Assembly: GCF_963921235.1 (NCBI RefSeq)
Contig: NC_086097.1
Coordinates: forward strand, 38,132,001 to 38,196,000
DNA length: 64,000 nt
Direction of reading: 5' to 3'
DNA from: Mobula hypostoma
Taxonomy: Eukaryota
This document shows positions 37,450-51,194 of this stretch, in pieces. The first letter of the stretch is position 1. Every line of letters begins with the position of its first letter. A program made the position numbers and the translations under genes. Below the pieces are notes generated by a model. That model made no database searches, was not told the origin of the DNA, and saw nothing but the letters and a program-made list of their open reading frames with translations.

Positions 37450-40400
37450 AGTTTAGAATACAAAAACTGGCCCACCATGCTCATGCTAATCATCTCTACT
37501 TTATCAATACTCTTCTCATTTTCCTGAACTTGGTTTATAGCCTTCTATGCCTTGCAATTGTCATGCTGGACTCGGTATAAGAAGGTTCTGAGAGTAGCCA
37601 CTTCCACCATGCACACAAGCAGTGCATTATAGTTTCCAACCAAGTTATTTCCTTATGTTCCCTTTTATAACTCTTACTCCATAACCTATGACCTCCAGTT
37701 GTCGATACCTCTGCTGTGGGGTAAAGTTTCCTACACTCATTATTTTGCATGCCTCTGTCAGATTCTCCAAGGACAACAAACCCAGTCTATCCCATCTCTC
37801 GGTATAAATGAAGTACTTCATCCCTGGCATATCTTGTTGAATCTCCAGTGCACTCTGTCCAATGCAATCACATCCTTTCTGTAGTGTGGTAACCAGAATC
37901 GAATGCTGTTGCAGCCAAATCAATCTTTCCTAAAGTTTATATCATAACCCCCTTTGTCTGATCTAATGCCCTGACTAAGGAAGAGTCCTGAGGCCCTTGT
38001 ACCTACTACCTGATGGCAGCAGCAAGAAAAGAGCATGACCTAGATGGGACACCCCCAACCTTGGTGTCACCTGCAAATTTGCTGATACAGTTCACCACAT
38101 TATCATCCAGATCATTGATGTAGACGACAAACTACAACGGACGCAGCACTGATCCCTGTAGCACACCGCTAGTCACAGCCCTCCATTCAGGGAGGCAACC
38201 ACCTACCACCACTCTGTGGCTTCTCCTGCAAAATCAATGTCTAATCCATTTTACTACCTCATCTTGAGTGCCAAGCGACTGAACATTCTTGACCAACCTT
38301 CCACTGGGGACTTTGTATAAGACCTTGCTAAAATCCATTTGGAGAACATCCACTGTCCTGCCTTCATCGGCTCTCCTGGTAACATCCACAAAATTCTCTG
38401 TTAGATTGGTTGGACATGACCTACCATGCACAAAGTCAAGTTGACTATCCCTAATCAGTCCCTGTGTATCCAAATACTTACATATTTGGTCCCTTAGAAT
38501 ACCTTCCAATAACTTTCTCACTACTAATCTCTACTAGGGCTCCTGCAATTTCTACACTTGCCTCCCACAGGGTCCGAGGGAACACCTTGTCAGGCCCTGG
38601 GGATTTATCCACCCCAATTTGCCTCAAGACAGCAAGCACCTCCTTCCCCTCTATAATTTGTAATGGGTCCATGACCTCACTGCTGTTTTGCTTCACCTCC
38701 ATTGTCTCCATGTCCAGCTTTCAATGAAATACAGATGCAAAAAATCCATTTAAGATCTCCCCCATCTCTTTCAGCTCCACACATAGAGTACCTCTCAGAT
38801 ATTCCAGGGGAACAATTTTGTCCCTTGCTATCCTTTTGCTCTGAATATATCTGTAGAAGCCCTTAGGATTCTCCTTCACCTTGTCTGCTAGAACCTCATG
38901 CCTTCTTTTAGCCCTCCTGATTTCCTCCTTAAGTGTTCTCTTGCATTTGTCATACTCCCCAAATACCTCATTTGTTCCTACCTGCCTATACCTGCTATTC
39001 ACCTCCTTTGTCTTAACCAGGGCCTCAATATCTCTTGAAAAGCAAGGTTCCCCAAACCTGCTATCCCTGCCTTTTATTCTGACAGGAACATACAAACTCT
39101 GTGCTCTCAAAATATCACTTCTGAAGATCACTCATTTACCAAGTGCACCTTTGCCAGAAAACAACCTGTCCCAGAAAACAACCTGTCCCAATCCACACTT
39201 GCCAGATCCTTTCTGATACCATCAAGAATGGCCTTTCTCCAATCTAGAATCTCAACCTGAGGATCGGATCTATCCTTTTTCATAATTACCTTGAAACTAA
39301 TGGCATTATGATCATTAGATGCTAAGTATTCCCCTACACAAATTTTTGTCATCTGCCCTGTCCCATTCCCTAATAGGAGATCTAGTATCACATTCTCTGT
39401 AGTTGGGACTTCTATATACTGATTAAGGAAACTTTCCTGAATACATTTGGTAAATTCCTTTTACAGTATGGGAATCCCAAACAATATGTGGAAAGTTAAA
39501 ATCACCCACAATCACAACCTTATGTTTCTTGCAACCGTCTGTGATCTCGTTACAAAATTGCTCTGCTAAATCCCACGGACTGTTGGGTTGTCTATCATAT
39601 AATTCCATTAATGTGGTTATATCTTTCTTATTCCTCAGTTCTACCCATAAAGCTTCATTAGACAAGCTGTCCAGTCTGTACTGACTGAGCATTGCTGTGA
39701 CATTTTCCCTGACTAGTAATGCTATCCCTCCCCTATTACTCTCACTCTATCACATCTAAAACAATGAAACCCCTGAACATTGAGGTGCCAGTCCTGTCCT
39801 CCTGCAGCCAAGTCTCATTAGTGGCTCATTATTATCATCATTATGTGCCGTGTTACATACTGTATGTGATCCTGGTCCCATGACCATGATTGTTCTTGGC
39901 AAATTTCTTCCCTGGAAGAGAGCCCAATGATCCAAAAATACAAAGCCCTCTTTTCTGCACCATCTCCATAGCCACATGCTAAACTATATAATCTTCCTAT
40001 TTCTGGCCTCAGCACATGGCATGCAGGGCAATCCTGAGATCACAACCTTGGATGTCCTACCCTTTAACTTGGCACCTAACTCCCTAAACTCACTTTGCAA
40101 GACCTCATCATCCCTCTTTACCCATGTCATTGGTACTGATGTGTATCACAACCTCTGGCTGTTCACCCTCCCAAATAAGAATGCTGTGGACTCGATGTGA
40201 GAGGTCCCATCACCTGCGAGGCAACGTGCCATCTGCAGATCTCATTCTCATCCACAGAACCTCCTTTCTGTTCCCCTAACCAAAAAATCCCTTTTCATTG
40301 CAGCTCATTTCTTCCCCCTCTTCCCTTCTGAGCCACAGAGCTAGATTCAGTGCCAGAGACCTGAGCACTGTGACTTTCCCCTGCCAGGTCATCGCTCCAA

Positions 40401-41210
40401 CAATATCCAAAGTGGTCTACCTGTTGTTGAGGGGAAAAGCCACAGGGGTATTCTGCACTGGCTGCCTATCGCCTTTCCTCCTTTTAATAGTAACCCAGTC
40501 ACCTGTGCCCTGCACCTTGGGCGTAACTGCCTCCCTGTATGTGCTATCATTCAGCTCCTCTTCCTCCCAAATGATGCAGAATTCATCCTGCTCCAGCTCC
40601 AATTCCTTAGAAGCTGCAGCTGGATGCGTTTCTCACAGGTGTAGTCGTCAGGGACACTGAAGGTCTCCCTGTCTTCCCACATCCCACAAGAGGAGCATTG
40701 CACTACCCTGCCTGTCATCTCTACTGCTCTGAATGTGCAATAAAAAAGAAATAAAAAAGTAACAAATAAAAAATCTTCCTATGGCCTACGCCTGTCCTTG
40801 CTGAAGCCTTGAGAACCTCATTCACCTGTAATTACCTGTCCTACCCCTGCTGTCTTCCTTTGATAACAGTACCACATTTGCTGACACCCAGGCATCCAGC
40901 ATTACCTGTGACCAGTGAAGATTTAACCGTCTCTAAGGACTCCAGTAATATATTTTCCCTTGCCTCACATTATCAGCCTGTTATGTAGTTCATCAAGCCT
41001 TGGGGATTCATCCATCTTTAAGTCTACCAAGACTCTATTAACACTTTTTTAGTGAATCACTGGGCATCTCTCTAAATTCTCCAGCTAAGACTTCACTTGC
41101 TTCCTCCAGCTCCACTATTACTTTGGGCCCTAATGAGCACTACTCTCTCCCTAGTTACCTTCTTACCCTTAGTATAGTGATAAGATGCTTTGATATTACC
41201 CTAATTCAAG
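37450..41210 (-). mobile_element. Cluster of decayed CR1 copies; the largest (about 38060-40730) spans ORF1 to RT
   Basis: MDFSK, VDKSPGPD, ILDLLLGN..GQ and VIVGDFNFP motifs, plus ORF1 TGDWVT..R.KG. Confidence 0.85.
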
Positions 41211-41250
41211 TCTGTCAATTATATTCTATGCTGCCTCTTTATGTTTGCAG

Positions 41251-41481
41251 TTTATTTTAGAGATACAGCAACTAACGGGCCTTTCTGGCCCAGTGAGTCT
41301 GTGCTGTCCATTTACACCCATGTGACCAGTTAAGTTACTGACCCAGTCATCTTTGGAATGTGGGAGGAAACGAGGACACCCAGAGGAAACCCACACAGTC
41401 AGAGGGAGGACATAGAAACTCCTTACAGACATCGGCGGAATTGAACACACATCGCTGTTGTTGATGCTACTGTGCTACCCC
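41251..41481 (-). mobile_element. V-domain SINE
   Basis: Reverse complement of the V-domain (tgtgggaggaaacgaggacacccagaggaaaccca); similar to 28464-28710. Confidence 0.8.
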
Positions 41482-41969
41482 AAATTTGTTAGACTTTCTG
41501 ACAGTGTCACCAGCACCCAGTTAATGCTGTCTGCCTTCCCATCACGTGACTGCATTTTATCGGCCTGCATGTATGGTTTTAAAAATTTCTTTGGTCTGAC
41601 ATTTCCTCACAAAACGTTTTAGTGTTTTTGAGTTCAGAACACCTGAACTCAAGAGACTCAGTGGTTTGAAGTCTGAAATTTGTTAGGTGTATTTCCTCAG
41701 GTGACTCTTTTGTCATGACGTTGACAGAGGAACATAGAACAGGACAGCACAGTACAACCCCTTCAGCCTACAATGTTGTGCTGCTCCTTCAGCCTATTCC
41801 AAGATCAATCTAATCCTTCTCGTCCACATAGCCCTTATTTTTCTTTCATCTTTGAATCTCTTAATTGTCCCTAATGTATCTGCCTTTAACACCACCCCTG
41901 ACAACATGTTGCATGCACCTACCACTGTGTTTAAAAAAAAAAATAACTTTGACATTCCCCTCTATTTAC

Positions 41970-42565
41970 TTCCTGAGGAAGCTAAGGAAATTTGACCTGT
42001 TCCCTAAAAACTCTCACTAGTTTTTATAGATGCACCGTAGAAAGCATTCTGCTAGGGTACATCACAACCTGGTATGGAAGTTGTCCTGTCCAAGACCGGA
42101 AGAAGCTGCAGAAGATCATGAACACAGCCCAGCACATCACACAAACCAATCTTCCGTCCACGGACTCACTTTACACCGCACGCTGATGGAGCAGTGCTGC
42201 CAGGATAATCAAGGACATGACCCACCCTGCCAACACACTTTTCGTCCCTCTTCCCTCTGGGAGAAGGCTTAGGAGCTTGAAGACTCGTACGGCCAGATTT
42301 GGGAACAGCTTCTTTCCAACTGTGATAAGACTGCTGAACGGATCCTGACCCGGATCTGGGCCGCACCCTCCAAATATCCAGACCTGCCTCTCGGTTTTTT
42401 TGCACTACCTTACTTTCCCTTTTCTATTTTCTATTTATGATTTATAATTTAAATTTTTAGTATTTACTATCAGTTTGTACCAGGGAGCACGAAGAGCAGA
42501 ATCAAATATCGCTGTGATGATTGTACGCTCTAGTATTGTTTGGCGACAATAAAAGTATAAAGTAT
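41970..42565 (+). mobile_element. Rex1-like LINE 3' fragment
   Basis: LTSFYRCTVESIL...TWYGSC motif, then an AT-rich 3' UTR with AATAAA and a short tail repeat. Confidence 0.85.
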
Positions 42566-42880
42566 ACTTTGACCTTTTAAGTTCTTTTTCTGTACTTCTT
42601 GGCATTTTCTATACTCCTGAAGGATCTCCCCTGTTTTCAGCTCTCTGCAGCTGCTATCTGCTTCCTTTTCACTGATCCCTCAGTATCCCCAGGTATCAGG
42701 ATTCCCTCATAGAAAATTCATCCAAATGGAGTTTACTGAACTGCCAATAGTTCATGTCTGAATGTCTCCCATTCATCTCATGGCCCTTCACTCCAAGTCA
42801 CATAATGTTATAAGTTAGTTTGCTTTCCAATTGTGTAAAATCCACTCAACATCCATTTTTTATTTTAACCTTTCTTTCAG

Positions 42881-42923
42881 GATTCAAGCCAAAATCCCAG
42901 GTGCCACACGAAAGACTGAGTAA
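42881..42923 (+). CDS. RTN1: Reticulon-1 terminal coding exon
   Basis: tttctttcag acceptor. Translates IQAKIPGATRKTE-stop (TAA 42921-42923), the typical reticulon C-terminus. Confidence 0.95.
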
Positions 42924-43540
42924 GAGGAACATGAAGAGAGACTGTGGGCGCATAAGAGGGTGCCTGAGGCAGAAGCAGTTCTGTATTTGTCAAATTAATC
43001 AGACATGTCTTGGAGAGTTGTTGTCCCATTTGTCAGCACCATGAATTTCGGAACATGCGGCACGAGATGATCCTTCTCCCATGCTGTTTCCAAATGATTA
43101 GAATATCTGCAATCACTTGTGTTGATCATTAAGTATAGTAAGGAAAATCAAGTAACAATAATTGTAATAGATGTGTTTTGTGTTGCTAATGAACAAATGC
43201 ATGAGGTTAAGAGTCTTAATTCTATTTACCTTCCTAGTGTTTTCTGCTGCTATGGCAGTGCTTATGACTTTTAATGTTATTTGTGGCTAGGGCATTTCTG
43301 CTTTAGTGCACTTCTGCAATAGTCTGATTGCTCCAAAGTCACTGAGTCAGTTTGGCTTTCTTGAGTAAAACAATAGAACAGTGGATCTACTGTATGTTTT
43401 GGTGTTTATCCAGCACAAAAGTTTTAAGGATTCTGTACTGTAATTGTGGCATCTGGTTTTGTAAACTAAAGAAATACAAAGCTCATGTTTTTCGAACTAT
43501 TGTCATACTATTAAAGAAGTATGGAAACATGAGAAGACTC
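42924..43540 (+). other. RTN1: RTN1 3' UTR with candidate polyadenylation signal ATTAAA (43510-43515)
   Basis: Repeat-free AT-rich sequence after the stop codon; ATTAAA followed by a T-rich run near 43544. The end point is inferred. Confidence 0.6.
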
Positions 43541-43651
43541 TGACTTTTTTTCCTCCGAGATGAATTGCTGCAGTTTCCACTCATGTAAATGGCTCGTGTT
43601 AATTCACACTAGAAATGAACAACAAGCCTGCATAGGAGATTGAATTGAATG

Positions 43652-43754
43652 TAGAGTAACTCATTCAAAGTGCTGGAGGAACTCAACAGGTCAGGCAGCC
43701 TCTTCAGAAAGGAGTAAGCAGTCGACATTTCTGGCCTAGACCCTTCATCAGGAC
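43652..43754 (-). mobile_element. Penelope-terminus mini-element with hammerhead-like core, just downstream of the RTN1 3' UTR
   Basis: Perfect 15-bp TSD agattgaattgaatg (43637-43651, 43755-43769). Minus strand GTC CTGATGA AGGGTCTAGGCCA GAAA TGTC GAC. Confidence 0.85.
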
Positions 43755-44811
43755 AGATTGAATTGAATGACAAGCAAACTTTAAAGTCTCATTTCTCGAT
43801 TCTTTGTGTCTCAAAGTGACCATTGCTTGAAGAAAAGGACACCGTTTGGTTAAATGAGAAGGAAGCTGCTTACCACATGGTAAACTCTGACCACTGGAGG
43901 TTCTTAAAACAGCCTTTTGACTATGAGGTGGGGTGCGCAAGACCTCAAAAATCATTCTTTATATAAAGAAAACATAAATAGAGGAAATAACAAGAGATGA
44001 GCAGATTGTGAAGACTTAATGAGTGGAAAACTAAGGATTTACATATGGGCTCCAGTAACAGTGGTAGAGTACATAAATGTGAAAAGAAGACACAAATGCA
44101 GCAAATAAGAATGGTTTTGAAGTTGGTAATTTAGGTTTCATATAAAATGAAGTAAACAGACACAGTGAATTTCTTGAGTGCATTGAACAGTATACCTTAG
44201 GGTTCAAGTCATACAACCGCCAAATGGTGGGATGTAGAGAGAGACAGACAGACAGACAGACAGAGGATCTTTGCAGTAATGACCAGGAAGAGGGGGGTGA
44301 GAGATTGTGTACCAGGGTAAAAAATGCCTACAAGGTTTGGGTAAATGTCACAAGTGAAAGAAAACCACCCAGAAATAGTCTTTATTTGGAACAATCAAAT
44401 TCAGTCACAAAATGGTGATAAAAGCAGCATTTTACAATTGAATTTTTGGGCATATTTAATATTTCCAGTGCTAATAGGAGCATTGTTTGAGTTCACAACC
44501 TCCTGGGAGTGTGGCTATTTACTTAAAGACTATTAATGAAGCTATTTACCTCAAATTGATGTCCAGATCTCCAGCATAGTTCTCCAGAGACATGAAACAA
44601 CTACATCTTAGAAAAGCAAAGACATGCCAAAAATCTATACTTTTCTACCATTATTTGTGAGCTCTGAAGAACAGGAGGTTTGCTGTGCTTCCTACGGTGG
44701 CCTGCAATCTCTGCTCTACTCAGCAATGTGACTCCAGCTCTACCCACAGGCTGCAACCTTGCCTGAGACAAACTATGACATAAAATTTGTAAATTGGTTT
44801 ATTATTTACAT

Positions 44812-45890
44812 AAACTCTTCTTGGGCTTCCAGCCGGGTCCAGATATCAATTTTAACTAACATTTGGATGACAAACTCTGCCATCTTCATCAGGGATGTTG
44901 CCGAGGCATGTCTAGTCTGGTGGTGTATATACTCAACTCCCATCGTCTGTCCCTCCTAATCGGTTAGTCCTCAAACAATCAGGTTTCTGCTGTCCCACCT
45001 TGTTTAAAATCATATTCCAGTTCTTTCTTGGAGTGAGACCTTCATCTTGGTTGAAATTTTTATTTTCTAATCTTATTTCAATGACTTCCTTCACCAGGTG
45101 GTCCCAAAAGCCACTGGCACAGCTCAATAGTTTTGTGGCATTGAAGTCGATCCTGTGGTCATTGCATATGCAATGTTTTGCTACCACAGATATCTCTGGG
45201 TAACCTCCTGTGCTCCTTGGCCTACATAAGGTGGGATTTGAGCTTCCCTACGGGTTTGTGGATGGTATTTATCCGGTATTTCTTCCAGAAACCGTGAAAA
45301 TATCAACAAAATCATGAGGAAACTCAAATCCCAGCTTATGTGGGTCAAAGATGACCTGGGAATTGGGATGGCTGGCGCTTACTGGATTCCCTGTGAATGC
45401 GGAGTAGTGTGTATCGGCCAGATGGGGTGCATGGTGAAAACTCGCATCAAGGAGCAAAGGAAGCGTATCTGTTTGGGTTACCTAGAGAAATCAGCGGCAG
45501 CAGAACATTGTGTTTGCAATGGCCCCAGGATTGACTTCAACAGCACAAAACTACTGTGCCACACCAATGGCTTTTGGGACTGCCTGGTGAAGAAAGCCAT
45601 TGAAGTAAAACTAGAGAATAAGAATTTCAACGAAGATGAAGGTCTCACTCTAACTAGAATACGATTTTAAATAAGATGGGACAGCAGAAACCTGATTGGT
45701 TGGGGACTAACCAATCAGAGGGGACAAATGATGAAAGTTGAGTATAAATACCACCGGACTGGACGTGTCTAGACGTCATCCCTGATGAAGTTGGCAGAGT
45801 TTGTCACAGAAAAATCAATTAAGTGGACACTTGGTCCTAGCTGGAAGCCCAAATTTATGCATCATATACTCCGGGAAAGCACGAGATCTT
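44812..45890. mobile_element. Second Penelope-like family: inverted pair of GIY-YIG 3' fragments (- about 44812-45290, + about 45300-45890)
   Basis: GAYWIPCECG..CIGQ......RIKE....KSAAAEH...AIE......FN.DEG on +, and the same C-terminus on -. Both arms end with a cctgatgaag...ggcagagtttgtca terminal repeat. Confidence 0.88.
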
Positions 45891-48800
45891 TTCTTGGTTA
45901 ATTACAGTCATGTGTACTGAGGTACAGTGAAAAACTTGTCTTGCATAACTTCCATACGGATCAAATTATTACAAAAGAGCATTGAGATTGTGCAAGGTAA
46001 CACAATTCCTCTACCCAGATCTAATGTTCATCAAAAGTGGGGACTTGAGTAATTCTTTAAATTGTCAGGAGCAACAATAGTTTTTGCTGATTGTCTCTCA
46101 ATTCTTAACCAACAGAAAGTGTCTGATTTAGGCATGCACATTTCTGCTTATTAAGTTCTAAATTTATTACCGCTGATCAAAACCTGGGTGATTTACAGAG
46201 TATTTTTCTTGAGAAACAAATGGGTAATTTCCCAGTTTACAACTAAAATTATTTCAGTTAATTTCAAAGATTCAAAGTCAGCAACTAAGGCCAACTTTTG
46301 ATACTACTTCTGTAAAATTAGGTATTTTTTTCTACTTCCCAAACTGACCATCCTATTTTAAAATTAACGATTGTGCTGAATTGTGGACAGTCTTGTGCCT
46401 TAGGATGATTCCCGTCAGGAACTGAATCGTGGGTGCTCCAATTCAGTCCAACTTTAGAGCCATTGGATATTTAAAAAAGCCTGCGCTGGATTTGACCTTG
46501 AGAATGGCTAATACAATGGGCTGGGTCATGCAGGGCTTGGCCAGTTGCCCCGATTTGTCTTTTATGGGTTTGGAGGGCCAAACAAGCTCCTGCCATGCAT
46601 GTCTCAGGTGAAGCAGGCTTCAAACAGCAATTAGTTTGCAAATGATAGATACATTCCAACCTATTGAAGCAGATCTAAGTAATTGAAATAATTTATTTTT
46701 AATTAAATTTTAAAGTATCTTTTTAAAAACTGAAATACTAAGGATGTAAAGATTACCTAGCCCTAACCCTTATTTCTATATATAGGTTTGGTAAACCCAT
46801 TAACTGACTGAGTGGCTAACCATATGCCATCCTTGCTGAGCACTTTGTAAATGATTCCTCTCAGAACAGCAGAGATGTGCTGCCGGGGGCAATGGTGAAT
46901 TGAGCAGCAGAGAGGGAGGGCTGGCGTGTAGGCATCTTGCTTCAGACTAGTGGGTTTGGTCAAGTATATGTGGACATCCAAGACAAGCCGAGCTGACAAC
47001 AGCTAACTGCCAGCATTTTTCAACAGAATAACCGGCAGTCACCCCAATAAGTCTAAATGATTGGTACTCCTGGTGCACAAACATCCATCAATTTAGTTAT
47101 TGTCCCAAGGATGTCCAGTGTAAGTAGCAGAAACCGGTGATGTATGTACAGTATACAGGGTAAGATTTGTGCTCGATTTCATGCACATTTGCACCTAAGA
47201 TGCTTCAATTGATGTTGCGGGCTGATGAGAATTTAGAAGATATCTTATAATCCATGCTTTCCCTAGAAAATGAATTTAAAATAAGTATACCTCAGAAACT
47301 ATGAAGACCTGTATTTAATATCCACTTAATAAAAAAAGAGCAACACATAGATTTATGGAGAAATCGTTAAAATCTCCCATAGGTTGTAATTGATTGTGGC
47401 CTCTCTGAGAATATCACACCAGAACAATTCCATCTGCTCCTTTTCACTCCTTGAGTAAAGGACCCCGTGACTCCTCAGTTTTTTTGCTAAAACCAGATTA
47501 TACCTTCTAAGAACCATCTGTCACTAAGGGCTACTGCACCTGTGGAACCAGACTGCAGCAACATTAGGTACTTTAAGAGAGGGTAAGATGAGCTTGATTT
47601 TATGAAGTTATTTATAATTACCTGATTGACAATGCATTCAAGTTTATTTGGTAAGTTATTAATGGTGCACTTAAATTTTAGAATAAGGAACACAGACACA
47701 GAATATCTACACCATGCATTCTTTTTCATGAATTTTGTTTCCAAATATTCTGCTTCAGAAGTGTACTCATGAAAGCATTTTAATTGTGTATAAAAAAGAA
47801 TTGCTGGAATTGCTTGAAATATGAAAATATTGAAGTTACAGGTTAATTTACAGTAAATTATAAATGAGATTGAAAAATAGCAAACAAAAGTGACAAAAGA
47901 AAGTCCTTCCTATTTGTCAAGCACTGAAAAATAATTTTGTCAAGAGAATACCAGAAATATGATTAGATAAAAATGTAAATGCTAATTGTTGGTACGTATT
48001 AGTTTATCATTGTCAAATGTAACAGGATACAGCAAAAAGCTTGTCTTGCATACTGTTTATAGAAATCAAATCATTACACAATGCATTGAGGTAGAATAAT
48101 CTAAAATAATAACAATCCAGAATAAAGTAAAAACTACCAAAAAAGTGCTGGTAAACAACAAGGTAGATTGAGAGGTCAAGTGCCCATCTTGAAGGCAGTG
48201 AAGTTCACTTTGGCACTTAACACAGACTGTAGGCTTTTCATCTGGTTGTGCTGTTGAGAACTGACCACATATGCTTTTTCTAAAATGGACTGGTAAACCA
48301 TATAATATTTCACATCTGATTTAAAAACTGATGTTTTATCTGTCTTTTTGATATCCATTTCTGTCACTTAATAAGCAAATAATCTTATTATCAATATTTC
48401 AAGCAACTTTCCAAATAAGTTATATAAGAAGAGCCCTGATTAATGCAAGTCTGTGTTGGTGCTGAAAGCTGTAAATTGAATTTTGACAATCTGATCGTTC
48501 AATATTTTCTGTCATTTGATTTAATTTCAGTCATAGAGCACCACTGGTTCTTTCTTGCAGATGATTTTGTAAATAATGTATTTTTTTTACACGCCATTTA
48601 GATATACACCAGCAACATCATGGCATAAAAGACTACTGGCTTACAGCCAGAAAATGAGATTAGTGGAGACAAGTACATGATAGTCAGCATGGACCCAATA
48701 GGCTATGGGGCCAATTTTCGTGCTGTATAAATGTGACACTTAGACTCCATGACTCAGATATTATTGGATCACCATATGGTTCACACGTAATGAAATAAAA

Positions 48801-48963
48801 GCAATATTAGATGTTGGACTGCTAATTGAAATGGGTGATTCCACACATACGTAGTGTTATCATTGAAGATATTCTCCATACCTTTTCTCTGAACTTGGCC
48901 TATCCTGATAGGGGAAAACTCATTAGTTGTTAGAAGTACCAAACAGAATGCTTATTCAAATAA

Positions 48964-49084
48964 GGGTCTCGGCCTGAAACGTCGACTGCACCTCTTCCTA
49001 GAGATGCTGCCTGGCCTGCTGCATTCACCAGCAACTTTTATGTGTGTTGCTTGAATTTCCAGCATCTGCAGAATTCCTGTCGTT
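48964..49084 (+). mobile_element. Penelope-terminus mini-element, truncated within the hammerhead core, long 3' tail
   Basis: Perfect 15-bp TSD tgcttattcaaataa (48949-48963, 49085-49099). Confidence 0.88.
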
Positions 49085-49913
49085 TGCTTATTCAAATAAT
49101 GTAAACACTACAACAAATACAAATAAGGCACTAAAATGATATAGCTTGAAACATTACAAGAAAATACATCAACTATGAACTTTGTAGTATATTTGCATTA
49201 CAATACTGATCTAGCTTTGTACTTTAATGACTACATATCTTTGATTCTGAATTGTAAATGCACTTCAAATCATCAAACTCCAACTGAACACAGTTTACCC
49301 TGACATTCGGTTGAAGAAGTTTGCTTCCATTTGTACAGGGCATCAAGTCTAATCACCCCAGCAGGTTGTGAAAAGTTTGCTCCCAAAAACCCCTTTCAAC
49401 GATCTGTGACAACTGCCACATTCTCAGTTGTTGTACTTCTGTCTATGAAGGGCTTTATTTACTTAGTTCCTGTCATCAGTTTTCACAATTAACTTGTGTT
49501 GAGGGGGAAGAACTGGGTTTATCAGCACTTCCAGCAATGTTTATGTGTTGATGTGGGAACTCTGTAGACAGACATGCAACAGAAATTCTCCGGAGAAAGC
49601 AGATTAGTCAAGTGTACCCTTGTGTTAGTCTTGGTTGTGTGTGATTATTCCTTTTGCAGGTTGTCAACATTCAGTTGGTTTCAAAAGTTTCTTTAAAAAG
49701 TGTTCAATTATTCTTCAAGGATGTTGGGATGGAAATTTTGGTTTAATTTTTAGACAGTGTTGCTTTAGTATTGGTTTATCAGGATTTCACTGTGTTCTTG
49801 ATGAATATGAGGCAACATTAACTTTTCCAATCTTTTGTATGTCATTTGTTTGGCAATTTATACACAGGATTTAGACACCGATGAAGATGGAACAGTAAGA
49901 AGTCAGGTTTATA

Positions 49914-50010
49914 CACTCAGTAGCCACTTTATTAGGTATCTTCTGCATCCCGCTGTTGTAATGTATTGCTTTTTGAGTTTCTGTCACCTTCCTGTCAGCT
50001 TGAAATAGTG
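49914..50010 (-). mobile_element. Tc1 terminal fragment related to 8349-8888
   Basis: ta|cactcagtagccactttattagg terminus, plus the reverse complement of ttcaagctgacag(a/g)aaggtga. Confidence 0.65.
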
Positions 50011-51194
50011 GGAGCTTGCTGTGCATGTTGACTGCCATACATCTGTATCTCAACAGTAACTACTCTTCAATAGTACTTCACTGCAAGATACTTTGAGACA
50101 TCCTAACATACAGAAATGCTCCATGTACATCATGCGCCTTTATCAAAAGCATCCAGCACACTCATTTGTTAAGGACCACGGTAATCACAAAGCACATACC
50201 AAAACCTAAAGTTTGTCATATTGCGACCTTAGTGGATTGGAGTTGGAGGTGCTCTGCACTTGTGAATGGAGCTCCACTTCCTTTCCTGTCCCAATCAATG
50301 TCAAAAAGCCTGTCTACCTCTACCTTGGATATACAGTATTCCATGATTTGGCTTCCACATCTGTCCGAGGTTGAGAGTTCAAGTCTTCTGAGGGCACAAA
50401 TTTCACTGAGTCTCCATTATAAATGGCCCTTGTTCTACATTCCCCACAAGAGAACCCATCGTCTCGTTATCCCAAGTCCCATTCCAGTTTAAGATAGTGC
50501 TGGTGAAGCCCTGCGACTACTGATCGGCAACAAACGAAACAAAGAATACAACTAAATACTTCATCAATAACACTTTTTCTTGTAAAATTTCTAGTGAACA
50601 ATCACCACAAGGAATGGAGAGGCAAGCAAAGGCGAGACTGAGTCAAGAATCGAAGTGTGTGGGTGCAAAGTGAAGTCAGGGCGAGCAGAGCGGAGCAAAG
50701 TCGGAGAGGAGGAGAGGCAGATTCGAAGACTGTCCACCTAAATCTAGAGTAAGGCTTGATCAATCTAAGTGTCAGGCTGGTTTGGAAAGGTCAGGTACGG
50801 GCCAAAACGTGCCAGTGGAGTCCAGGCCCAGAGCATATTGATGAAACAGGGCCCTGGGCCTAGTGCGAGGAACAACCTAACGTTTGGACGTTTTAACCAC
50901 TGGCACAATGGGTTGAAAAGGCAGGGTGTCAGGACAAAGGGCAAGGGTCGGGCCGGTTCTGCCCGCTGCTTCGTGATGTTTACTCGGCTCTGCTCTGCAC
51001 TAAGGCTGGAGCTGAGGCCTGCTTCAGCTGCTCCAGGCATCATATCTATGGACTCACCTTTGTTCTGAATGCCACTTGATTCTTTATATTGTTTGCACAA
51101 TTTGGGTTTTTTTCTCTCTCTAAACACTGGGTGTTTGATGGTCTTTTTTATGTACACATACTTTGATAATAAATGTACTTTGAACTTGGAACCT

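Noticed and set aside
43300..43325. TGCAATA microRNA seed match (miR-25/92 family) in the RTN1 3' UTR
   Set aside because: A single 7-mer is expected by chance; it cannot be supported without conservation data.
46000..50500. Possible exons of a downstream neighbour (CCDC175 or JKAMP expected from mammalian synteny)
   Set aside because: No open frame with recognisable similarity and matching splice sites was found by eye; TBLASTN would be needed.
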